Source: Euglena gracilis (lineage: Eukaryota). Taken from it: DNA of 64,000 bases. Numbering within the stretch: the stretch's first letter is position 1; every line of letters starts with the position of its first letter. The position numbers were made by a program, and so were the translations under genes. This document shows positions 47,499-58,614 of the stretch, in pieces. The DNA lies in assembly GCA_039621445.1 (NCBI GenBank), contig CP154954.1, positions 48,401,847-48,465,846 of the forward strand, given 5' to 3'. The notes beneath the pieces were generated by a model. The model saw only the letters and a list, made by a program, of their open reading frames with translations. It did no database searches and had not been told where the DNA came from.

Positions 47499-49688
47499 TG
47501 GGATACACTGGCTTGATTGGAACTGCTTCCTCACTTGCGATTGACACACCTCGTCGAGCATCAAACATATTTGCAGACGTCATAGCTGATGGATGTCACA
47601 AAAAACCACTGTTTCATGTCAAGAGGGACCCATTGTGTAATGAAAAATACACTGCAAACAAAACAAACTTGTTTTCAACATTCATCATCCGGTAATCAAC
47701 TAACAGGTCCAGGTCTGAATTCTGGCCAATTTGAAAAAGCAGTTGATGAAAGCAAGGTTGTTTTTGATAAATCGATATTTTTGATTACACCTAACACTCA
47801 CAATTTTGGGATGTCCCGCCAAAATTGTTGACCACTTTTGCCATAATTTTGGGCTCTTTTGCCAAAATGCCTGGGACCTTTCGCCAAAATTTTTGGGACT
47901 GTTGCCAAATTTTTGGGATTCCGTTGCAAAGACTTTGGTACTCGGCGGTCAAAATTTTTGGGACTTTTTGCAAAAGCTCTCTAAATCCAACAAATCGCTC
48001 TCTGAACAAAGCACTGCAACCCCACGGCCTTCAGAGCAACCCAGTTGATGTAAATCAGATCATACCCAGTTGAAAGGCCTCACCCCTCTCAGTTTCCCCC
48101 CAAAGTGACCAAAGCGTTTTGCCAAATTTGCCCTCATGGACAGTGGCCATTTGGCTTCGGCGCCGAAGGCGCCGAAAGAAAAATTGACCCCCCAAAAGTA
48201 GCCAAATCTCTTCACCTGAAGGGTGGGGGGGTGAGATATTAGGGGGGGGGGACAATCGGGGGGGGCTCAAAGACTCCCCACTGTTTACCTGTGCAAAATT
48301 GCTTGATTTTCTTGTGCACAGTGGGATTCGCCATAACTTTCCTTATTCGGCAAATATTAAAAATGTCGAAACAGACTTTTTTGGAGGCTTTCTGAGCCCT
48401 TTTGCAGGCTTGCTGAATATGGTCTGCCTTGTCCCAGAGGCCAATTAGCCAATTGGGGGGTGAGGGAGGCAAGGGAAATGTGTTTTTGGCTGATTTTGTG
48501 CCAAAATGGGCACTTCAAGCAAGTGGGTACAAATTTTTTTTTTGACTGGCAAGCCCTGCCAGCAGACCCTCCGCCCTGAGTCCTGTGTTTAAAACGTAGG
48601 ACTCAGGGTGGAGTATGCGTCTAAGTAGCAGCTTTTGCCACAGAAAATGTCCTCCAGCTTATCCTCGGTCAGACGGCGATAACACCCTCTTGGTCGATGG
48701 GCTGCATGCACAGCATTCAACCCGGCGCAGCTGGAGTTTTTTTGTTTTGAGAAAAACAAGTGTTTTTTGGAATTTTTTTTGAAAGAAACATATTTTTTGG
48801 CTTCGTTTTGAACAAGCTGCCAGTTATATCGGCGTTTGGATGGACAGGAATTCCAAAAAAACACACAGCAGGCAAAGGAGAACAAAAAATTGGCAAGTCC
48901 CAAAAACTTGCAAAAAAGTCCCAAAAGTGCCAGACCACGGAGTCCCAAATTTCTGAAAAAAGTACTCTTTTCATTTTCAAAAAGGTTCCAAAAATTTTGG
49001 CAAAAGTGTCCAAAATTATGGCAAAACGTACACAAATATTTTGCAAAAGGTTCCAAAAATTTTGGCAAAAGTGCCAAAAATTATGGCAAAACATCCCAAA
49101 AAATGTGAGCGTTAGGTGTAATCGTTCGCCGCGGCTCACCGACAGAGCCTGGGGGGGTCCTGTTGAGTCGACCGACAAGTTGGTGGTGCGTGGGGGTCCT
49201 GTTGATAAAAAGTCACCCGACTAGTCGGCCGACTAATTTTTGAGCTGACCGACTAGTCGGCCGACTCAACAATCTAATGTAGTTTTAAAAGGTGTGTTTG
49301 CAACAGAGAAGGGTGGGTGTTCTTGGGTATGTCGAGAGCCGACAAAGACAATTTGTGTGGACACACTGATTCATTCTTGATTCCCTTGTGCTAATCCCTT
49401 TTGTTTCTCAACTCCTCGAGGGCCCAAAATAACAAAACCCCTTGTGCTAGCGATGCGTTTTGGGGGGAATTTCTTCTGTTTCTCAACAGAATAACAAAAC
49501 CCTTGTGGCACCGAGTCGTTTGGAGTCCAATCCCTTTTGTTTCTCCATTTCTCGGCACAGTCCGTGGAACATATGCAGCATGGGATATTTTGTTGTCCTG
49601 CATGATCAAGAACTCAATTTTGACCCAAGGCATGGCAAGCTTTTACCCACCGACCCTGAATGACACCCCCCATATGGACATTAGACTA

Positions 49689-49840
49689 CCATGCCCCCCC
49701 ATATAAGACCCCCCCTCGGCCTCAGGAGCCAAAATCCCAAGGGAGGGGTCTTATAAAGGGGGGGGTCGGTCCCGGCCAAAGGGCCGGCCTTCGGCAGGGG
49801 GGGGGGTCTTTATGGGGGGGGTCGTATATGGGGGGCATGG
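49689..49840. mobile_element. TA-TSD MITE (152 bp)
   Basis: TIR CCATGCCCCCC(C)ATATA(A/C)GACCCCCCC flanked by TA. Confidence 0.75.
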
Positions 49841-50849
49841 TATTGAGTCAACCGACTAGTCGACCGAGTCCATTGTTGAGTCGGTCGACTGGTCAGTCGC
49901 CTAACGTGACCCCTATGACACCCCCCCCTTAATAGTCGAGGGGGGCGACAATTGGGGGGGGGGGGGGGTGCCTATCCTATGGACATGCAGGGCAAATTGA
50001 GTAACCAGGTTTGAAAAGTGATGAGCTCTTAATGGGACCTGCACGTAAAGGGAAGGCTGAAAAGACTAGCATTGCAAATTTCGCGTAATTTATAATTTAC
50101 AAATTGCACACTTGCAATTTACGGTAACTTTAATAATTTTTCAGTAACCCCGGCCATACACCCAGTACCCAATTTATTGGATTCTTTGGACTTTTTTGAC
50201 CCGTTATTAACCCAAACTCCATGGGTTTCGGGCCAAAACCAGAGCGCAGGGGGGTCGAAAAACACTCATTTTCAGCTCAAAAACAGTTTTTCCGAGTCTG
50301 GGAGGCAAAAAAAACATCGTTTCCGGCAAAAAAAATTCGATTTTTTTCCAACTTTTTTGACCTGTTTTTGACCCAAACTCCATGGGTTTCGGGCCAAAAA
50401 CGCGGCGCTGGGGGGTCAAAAAAACGCTCATTTTGGGCTCAAAAACAGGTTTTCCGGGTCCGGGAGGCTAAAAAACATGGTTTCGGGAAAAATAAATTTG
50501 ATTTTTTTGGACTTTTTTTTTGACTCATAATGACCGAAAACGGCTGCCATGACTCCCCCCCAATCAAATCGGAATGTTGTTCAAAATCAAAATCTAATAC
50601 CCCCACCCCCCCCCCCCCCCCCCCCACCCCCCCCCCCCCACCCACCACCCCCCCCCCCCACAACACCCCCACCGCACCCCCAACCCCCCCCCACCCCCCA
50701 CACCCGCCCCCCCCCCCCCCCCCCCCCCCACCCCACCAACCAGCACCCCCATCCCCACCACCCCCACACCACCTCCCCCACACTCCCCCCCCCTCCCCCC
50801 CCCCCCCACCCAACAAACGAAAGTGACCCCCCCCTAAAACCCGGGGGCC

Positions 50850-51185
50850 GTGGCTTGGGGGTTGTTGGCATCCCGGGGGGGGGGGGGGGGTCGCGGGGGG
50901 GGGAATGGGTTTTGCGGCAGGTCATGCGTGACTTGTGTGACGGCATTCCTTCATCAAATTTTAGACCCCAATTAGGAATTTGTGTGCTATTTGGTTCCAA
51001 AAATGGATCGATCCAAGGAATTTGGACGAATTTTTTGCATTTTTGATTCCTAATTGAGTGGCATATTCCCAATGGATGTGAATTTTTTGTACCTTTTGGA
51101 ATCATGAATCGGGTTCAGAGTGGGGTCGTAGGGGGGTCGCGGGAGGGGGGGTCGTAGGGGGGTTCGCAAGGGAAACACCCCCTAG
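50850..51185 (+). repeat. Dispersed repeat; second copy at ~56905-57256
   Basis: Shared GGCAGGTCATGCGTGACTTG...CCAATTAGGAATTTG...GATTCCTAATTGAGTGGCA...GGAAACACCCC in the same orientation. Confidence 0.8.
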
Positions 51186-51677
51186 GACAAAAGGGGGGTC
51201 ATTTAGGGGGGGTCATGGGGGTCAAAATAGGCCAAAGCTGTACAACATGGCCAAAATTAGCCAAAAAAACGCCCGTAACTCGGGCTAGGTGGGGAGTTGC
51301 GGGGAAATCAAAATACATTAGATAGGGCCTTCAATTCAGGTCTCCGGACTTTTCCTTTAATTTCCCACCATTTTTGAGAAATTTCAGAAAATTCAATTTT
51401 TTGCGCCAAATGACGGCCAAAAACAGCCTAAGTCACAAGCCTGCCGCGCCGTTTTGGGCCGTAAATCGGCCGAATTTTGGGCAAGGCGGGGAGTTGTGGG
51501 GAAATCAAAATACCGTTTGATGGGGCGTTCCAAGGGCTTCATTTTTGCTCTCCAAACATTTCCTTTGATTTTGCTTCATTGTCGAGATATTTTGGAAACC
51601 CCGATTTTTTTGGCCCAAAAAATGGCCCCCAAAAAAACCCAAAATGGCCGTTTTGGGCCGCAAAAGTGCACCGGAGC

Positions 51678-52819
51678 CAAGGTTCCCGTTTTTTTTTGTT
51701 TTAAAACAAAGCAAAAAAACTTTCATGAATAAAAAAACGGTTTTACTACAAAAAAAGAGGTCTCGGACGCCGGTTCTGTCCAAAGCCCGGCGTTCCAAAC
51801 GCCGGTTCCGTCCTTCGGACGGACCTTCGTTTGGAACGCCGGCGTTTGGACCCGGGACAGAACCGGCGTCCGAGACCTCTTGTTTAAGCCGGCGTTTTAG
51901 AGACACCGGGCTCAGGACAGAACCGGTGTCCCCACCCTTCGGCCAAAGGACACTCCCAGGACCAATCTACGACCACTTATCTGCAATGTCACACCACTTT
52001 GCACTTCACCAAATTCTGGTGATCGTGAGGGTATTTCTGGCTGTGTCAATCGTCCAGGTACAAAATCACCCCTCGATCGAAAGCTCTTTTCATCAGACGA
52101 CTGGCGGTCACCACCAAATTCAGCCACGTCGCCTGGAGCTCTTATTTTCTGTCAGTGGGGAATCCTAATTTCACAACTCTGGTGCCCCCCCAAGGCCCTC
52201 AGGTCGTTGATTCGAAGAGGAAAAACGTTTCTGTAAGGTTTATTAAGCATCTTAAACCAAAAATCACTGAAAATTGCGACAAATTTCGACTCAGATTCTG
52301 GCCGATCCGACGATCGCGAGCGTATCTCGGGCTGCGTGCAACGTTAGGGTACCAAGTTACCCCTCGATCGAAAGCTCTTTTCAATAGACGACCAGCGGTG
52401 CTCATCAGATCTTTCCACGCCGCACGGTACTCTATATCGAAATCTGGGCCAATTTTCACCAAATTTGGGCATCCACCCCACTGGTCCCCAAATGGCAAAA
52501 TTCATTGTCCTACATGGTTAAAACAGTCATACCAGGACCTTAGGGCCACTTTTGGGCACTTTTGGTGACATTTTTAGGAATGAAAATCGGACGCCGGGCT
52601 TTGGACAAAGCCGGCGTTCCTAACGCCGGGCTTTAGGACAGAACCGGCGTCCGGAAAGCCCGTGGGGGGGGACGCCGGTTCTGTCCTGAGCCCGGCGTCT
52701 CAAACGCCGGCTTAAAACGGTTTTTGGTTTAAAAAAAGGGTGTTTTTTTAAATAAAACACCACAAATAGGAAAAAAACCTGTTTTAAACAACGTGTTTAA
52801 AAACAGCCCGGGAACCTTG
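51678..52819. mobile_element. hAT-like MITE carrying a nested ~970 bp insertion (~51746-52711)
   Basis: TIR CAAGGTTCCCG; 8-bp TSD ACCGGAGC (51670-51677, 52820-52827). The body matches the 58195 element once the insert is removed. Confidence 0.85.
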
Positions 52820-53029
52820 ACCGGAGCACGGGCCAGCATAGTTGGCAGCTTGTTTTTTTTGGACGGCATTTTTTCTTTTTTCAAATTTTAACAATTTTTT
52901 TTAAAAAAAACACCCACGAGGTTTTGCATGGAAAAAATTTGACTGCATATTTTCTATAAGATGTTTCGTGTTCTGATCCCGCTTTTTTACCAGGAAAACC
53001 GGGGGCGCCGAACAGAACACGAAACAATG

Positions 53030-54920
53030 TTGAAACCGTGTTAAGAGTCCACAATGCCGACGATTATAGTAAACACGTGTACAAAAATGGGGTACCTTGG
53101 TAAATGCAATTGTACCGTGTTACAAACACGGTACAATGCAAATGTACCGTGTTTGTAACACGTGTACGTTGTACGGAAAGCGTGTTTACTCCTTTTGGTA
53201 ACACGTGTACACTGCAGGAAAGCGTGTTTACTTTTTTGGTAACACGTGTACATTGTACGGAAAGCGTGTTTACTCCTTTTGGTAACACGTGTACACTGCA
53301 GGAAAGCGTGTTTACTTTTTTGGTAACACGTGTACATTTACGGAAAGCGTGTTAACACTTTTTTGTGACACGTTTGCATTATGCTAAAACGTGTTTCTAA
53401 AACGCCTTCACACCCTTCACAGCCATGATGCGCCTGGCTAGATCCGGGGGGTAGATTTGGCCTGGGGGGGGGGTTGTGGGCAGACCCTAGGGTCGCCAAA
53501 GGTCGCCATGGTCGCCAAAGGTCGTGGGCAGGTCGATGTCAAAAAATGCGCTCCACGGCAAATTAGCGCAACATACACACAAAAGGTGTTGCACACACAA
53601 GGGATTTTTTTTTTTAGGGCCCTGGAACAGTTGCCTACGCCGCTACAATGCAAAAAAGACTGAGTAGGAAATACCCATAGCGACCTTTGGCGACCTTTGG
53701 CGACCGTGGGCAGACCCTAGGGTCTGCCCACAACCCCCCCCCCCAGGCCAGATCCGGGAGCCCGCCTGGCTAACCTCGCTGAGGCCCGCATGCCTGCCCC
53801 TCCCACTGTTAAGCAGTTTGTGGAATCCCTCCAGAAGGTGAAATCTCCATCTGAGGAAATTGATGCCTTACTTGGTGAACTTCCCCCCCCAGATCTGGTC
53901 TCGGCAAAAGATTACCGTCGCGACCGCATGGCTGCCCTGAATTGTTTTACAGAATACATGGGGGTTTGCGCAGCCCCATGGGGTACAACACGCGACGTTG
54001 GACGACTGTTTTTTTGGGGTGGGCCCGCTGGTGCATTGATGCTCGGGTGTTGTATGCAACACCCGAGCAACAACTCGCCTGCGTTGCTGCCCGTACGGAG
54101 AGAGCTGGAACAGATTTTCGGGTTCGTTCGACGAACATGTCGACAAAGCGGGGAGCAGTGCGGCAACTGCCGCCCGCAACGTGGCGGCGTGGAGTCGGCA
54201 GCTAAACTGGGAGGCTCCTCCCGCCCCAGAACATTCCACCGTAAACCAACTTTTGGCAACTGTTCCGGCTCTGTTTCCGTCTCCCAACGGTGACATCTTA
54301 TGTCCCCGTTGTGGTGTGAAAGTTGGCTTCCCCACCACCTCCGACGTAGCTCGGTCTGTTTCCTGTGTCAGTTGTGCGGACACCTACCATTTTGTGTGTG
54401 CTGACCTGCGCCGAGCTCCCAAACGTCCCTGGAAATGCCCGGGATGTTTGTGATGCCTTTCGTGATGTGCTATTGTTCCTGGCCAACAGGCCACGAGGTG
54501 TTTGCAGCATGCGTCTGCGTACCCTCCCCCCCCACAATACGCCAACTTCCCGCCGCTGCGTTGCTTCTTGCATCCGTTGAGCAGTATGTCCATCGTTCCA
54601 TGCACTCTAGTTATGCTGTAACCCCACAAAATATTTTTCATTTATAACACGGAACAATGCAGATGTATCGTGTTTGTAACACGTGTACAGTGTATGGAAA
54701 GCGTGTTTACTCTTTTTGGTAACACGTGTACACTGCAGGAAAGCGTGTTTACTCTTTTCGTAACACGTGTACATTGTACGGAAAGCGTGTTAACACTTTT
54801 TCGTAACACGTGTACATTGTACGGAAAGCGTGTTACAAACACGTTTTCCACCGCTGTACACGTGGACTGAACACGTGGTTTTCACGGCCGGTGTACATCG
54901 TGGACTTAACACGGTTTCAA
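53030..54920. mobile_element. Putative TIR element with 41-bp subterminal tandem repeats enclosing a PHD-finger ORF remnant
   Basis: Ends TTGAAACCGTGTTAAG(AG)TCCAC(A/G)ATG are inverted. A 41-bp unit AACACGTGTACA..GGAAAGCGTGTTTAC.. is arrayed at ~53157-53375 and ~54677-54845. No clear TSD. Confidence 0.6.
53790..54453 (+). pseudogene. Frameshifted ORF ending in a PHD (C4HC3) zinc finger
   Basis: CPRC...CVSCADTYHFVC...PKRPWKCPGC fits PHD spacing, including the W before the last CxxC. The upstream ATG ORF (53790) is in another frame, implying a shift near 54120. Confidence 0.7.
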
Positions 54921-57536
54921 TCATTTTTGGCAACTTCTAGGTCATTTCTGCCAAAAAATTCTTACCACAAAAAATGAAAAAAAAATTGAAAATGGGGAGA
55001 GGTGTTCTTTTGCCAAAAGTGGCCCAAAATGGACATTTTCCCCAAATTTTTTTGCATATTCACCCCCGATTGAGGGGTTCTAGAGCCATTTGGGTGGGTT
55101 TTGACTGGTGTTGAGGTGATTTGGACAAAAAAAATTTCAGGGAGGGCGTAAAAGTCGGCGATACTGACCCATGAGTACATTAGAGTGGGTAGTCGGCCGA
55201 CTAGTCAGCCGACAACCCACTACCCCCCCCCACCCCGTCTCGCCGACTAGTTACCAGGCCTAGTCGGCCGACCAAATGGGTAGTCGACCGACTAGTCGGC
55301 CGACTACCCACTACCCCCCCCCCCAGTCTACCATCTGGCACTCTTCGCGGGTGAGTAACTTGGGTCTGGCGGGGAGTTGGGGGTCAAACGGAGGTGATTC
55401 GGAAACTAGAAATCCAGGAACGGAGCCGGGGTCATGGTGATAATCTGCGGTTTTCACGGTCTACCCAGAAGGGGGGGGGAGGGCGGGGGGATCAACCCTT
55501 TTCCCAGGGGTAAGCTTCGCTCTTACCCATAAAGGGATAAGAGCTCAGCGACCCCCCCCTAATTGTCACCCCCCCCCCAATTGTCACCATGGGGGTAAAA
55601 ACGTTCCCTGGGGGGTCCCATACAGTGGGGGGTCATGTTAATCAGTCGACTCGATCATTGAATCGGCCGATTCCGTTGTTGATTTGACCAGTTGGGGGTC
55701 CACCGTGGCGGACAGCCGGAATTTCCCAAAGGAATGGTATGGTTCGGCATGCTGTGCCGAGGGGGTCGGCTAATTGTGCCATGCAATCCACCTCCAACTG
55801 GTGCCTGGTTATAGTTTCATATAAAAAAATGTGTGAGAACTCAGAACACATTGTCTCAAAAAAAAAAACTACATAAAAATTGTCCATGTCACCCAGATAC
55901 ACTGTGTATCCGGGTTCTAAGCGCCGAACCGAAGGCACTTAGAACCCAGGCTCACGGTGTATCCGGGTTACAATGGACGATTTTTATATATATCCATGGA
56001 CTAAGAGGCCCAAAACACAGCCTGTGTTTCATGGAAACGCAAGGTCTACCCCATACGTTTTTTTCATTTTTTTTGGTCAAAATGGATGTCCCCGAAAACA
56101 GACCGTGTATCCGGGGACTCTCAGTCCATGAAACACAGGGTGTGTCCAGTCCACGAAAACACACCCTGTGTTTCGTGGACTGAATTTTTTTTAAAAAAAA
56201 ATTGAACAGAATCATAGAAAATATGTCCCTCTAGTCCTGGAAGGCGAGGAATAGCCTTTAGGCCAAGTTATTGGGGGCACTTTGGGGGGGGGGGGGGCGC
56301 CGAAGGCTCCCGGCCCCCTCCCAAATGACCCCACAATGCTTGGCCTGAAGGCAATTTTCGGCTCATAGCATGAAGGTGTGGCGTGGCGACGTTTTACCAC
56401 ATTTCGCTGCATGTCCTTGCAGTTTTCTCTGAAATGAAAAAAAAAACGGCAAACAGTGCGGACCGCTTGCTCCCCAAACCCGAAACCTGATGAACTGGTT
56501 GCCACATTGTAAAAGAATTTGGTTGATTTGCAGCAGGGCCCTGCTGTCGACCCAATACACGGTACGCTGTTGGCCACCGCGTTGGAAGCGAAACCATCAG
56601 GAAACGCAAAGGCTGAGCGTACAGCTGTTGCACGCCTGTTGGATTTCCATCAGGTGTGTACCCATCTGAACGCTCAGTATGAGGACCTGGATGGTTGTTT
56701 TTTCTGCATGGGCTGGTTGGGTCAATGACCCCATTTATTTGTTTGATGTGGTCAAACAGACAAGCTGAGCAACAGCGCCGAGTGTGGCAAGACGTTCAGT
56801 TTCGAGGCAAACCTGCCTTCCACTGTCCGGGGCTATTTCAACTCTCTCACACGAGTGTTCACATCCGTGTGTGTGTCCAGTTCACAAAAAACACCCTGTG
56901 TTTAGTGGGGGTGTTGGGGTCGCGGGGCGGTCGCGGGGGGGGGGGCGGGGGGGGTGGGGAGGGGGGGGGGGGGGGAATGGGCTTCACGGCAGGTCATGCG
57001 TGACTTGCGTGACATCATCCTGTCTTCTAATTTTAGATCCCAATTAGGAATTTGCATGCCATTTGGGTCCGAAAATAGGTCCAATTAGGAATTTGGGACC
57101 AATTTTTCATATTTTTGATTCCTAATTGAGTGGCAAAATCCTAATTAATTTGCATTTTTTGTACGTTTCGGAAGCCCGAATCGGGCTCAGGGTGGGGTCG
57201 CGGGGGGGTCGCGGGGGGGGGGGGGTCGCGGGGGGGTCTCGGGGGAAACACCCCCAGTCCCAGAAACACAAGGTGTGTTTTCATGGACATGGACTAGACA
57301 CACACTGTGTTTCGTGGACTCGGTCCACAAAACACAGTGTGTGTTTTGGGCCTCAGTCCACGGATATATGAAATTGTTTTGTGAATGTGATGGAGACATT
57401 TGTCAAAAAAAGATCGTTCTGAAATCCAAAATGCCTTAGAATAATACCCTGTGGGCCGAAGGTAAGTCTTCAAGCGGCGAAGGGTGGAAAAGGAGCGTTC
57501 AGCGGTTGCAGAGGTTACAGGAATGGTGAGACAGAG

Positions 57537-57684
57537 TCAAACCAGAAGGATACTCAAGGGTAGAACGGGCCGGATAGCTTTTGGCGGGGAATTCACTTTT
57601 TCTCCAAAAATCAAACCAGAAGGATACTCAAGGGTAGAACGGGCCGGATAGCTTTTGGCGGGGAATTCACTTTTTCTCCAAAAA
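57537..57684. repeat. Perfect 74-bp tandem duplication
   Basis: TCAAACCAGAAGGATACTCAAGGG...TTCTCCAAAAA occurs twice. Confidence 0.9.
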
Positions 57685-58029
57685 AAACAACAACAAACCA
57701 CTGTCTGTCTGTCTGTCCGTCTATCTGTCTCTTTGTCTGTTTGTCTATCTATCTATCTGTCTGTCTGTCCGTCTCACACACACCACTTGGAAAAAATTGG
57801 GAAGTGGACACCCAAACCATCCAACTTGACTTTAGCAAAAAAAAAAAAACAGTTCTACTTTACTTGACACTTGTCTTGAACACCCTGGCTCCTTTGCAAG
57901 TGCGGAGGAATTCAACAACATCAGCAAAACTCTTCAAGATGACATTCATTCATTCTTCAAGATGACATTCTTCTGCTTGCAAATGTCAACCAAACACCTG
58001 CCTTGTATCGAAATGTACCCCCCCCCCTA

Positions 58030-58453
58030 ATTCATTTACGGGGGATGGAAAGCAACTGCATAGACATGCACCATTTGCCACTCGAACTGAAGTGAAGTGG
58101 GTTGGTCGATGTCATGCCAACATCTTGTCCAATGACTCGGTGCCGCCAAACAGGAGAAACTTCTCCACGTCCACAATGTGCTTGGCTGCATGACTAGGGC
58201 TGCCGTTTTTTTTTTGTTTTAAAACAAAGCAAAAAAACTTTCATGCGTAAAAAAACGGTTTAAAAAAGGTTTTTTGTTTCAAAAAAGAGTGTTTTTTTTA
58301 AATAAAACGCTGCAAATAGGAAAAAAACTTGTTTAAAAACACTTCTTTTAAAACAATGCCTCAGCCCTGTGCATGACCCTCAATGAAACGTTCAGAGATC
58401 TTCATCAAAGTTGCATCCAAATATGCAGTGTATTTTTCATTGAACTCCTCGCT
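58030..58453 (-). pseudogene. Degenerate ORF remnant of unknown identity, interrupted by the 58195 MITE
   Basis: Removing the MITE plus one TSD gives SEEFNEKYTAYLDATLMKISERFIEGHAAKHIVDVEKFLLFGGTESLDKMLA*HRPTHFTSVRVANGACLCSCFP (one internal TGA). Confidence 0.4.
58195..58369. mobile_element. hAT-like MITE, 175 bp
   Basis: Termini TAGGGCTG / CAGCCCTG; perfect 8-bp TSD TGCATGAC (58187-58194, 58370-58377). Confidence 0.88.
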
Positions 58454-58614
58454 GTTGGGGGGGGGGGGGTATTATTTCGGCGGTCGAAGTTGGACCCCAA
58501 GGGGGGGGGGGTATTATTTTGGGGGGGGGGTTATTTGGGGGGAGGGTTTAACTCGGGGGGGGGGGGGGGCACGGTATCTTGCAAAATGAAGCAAAACCAA
58601 AGAAAATGTACATA

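Noticed and set aside
50600-50815. Poly-Pro / poly-Gly ORFs
   Set aside because: Low-complexity C-rich tract, possibly poorly resolved sequence.
53157-54845. 41-bp repeats as a CRISPR array
   Set aside because: The units are contiguous with no unique spacers, there are no cas genes, and the context is eukaryotic.
56390-56830. Coding-like fragments on the plus strand (also ~45050-45500, ~47500-47790, ~63050-63280, ~63740-63917)
   Set aside because: Short, interrupted and not assignable to any family by eye.
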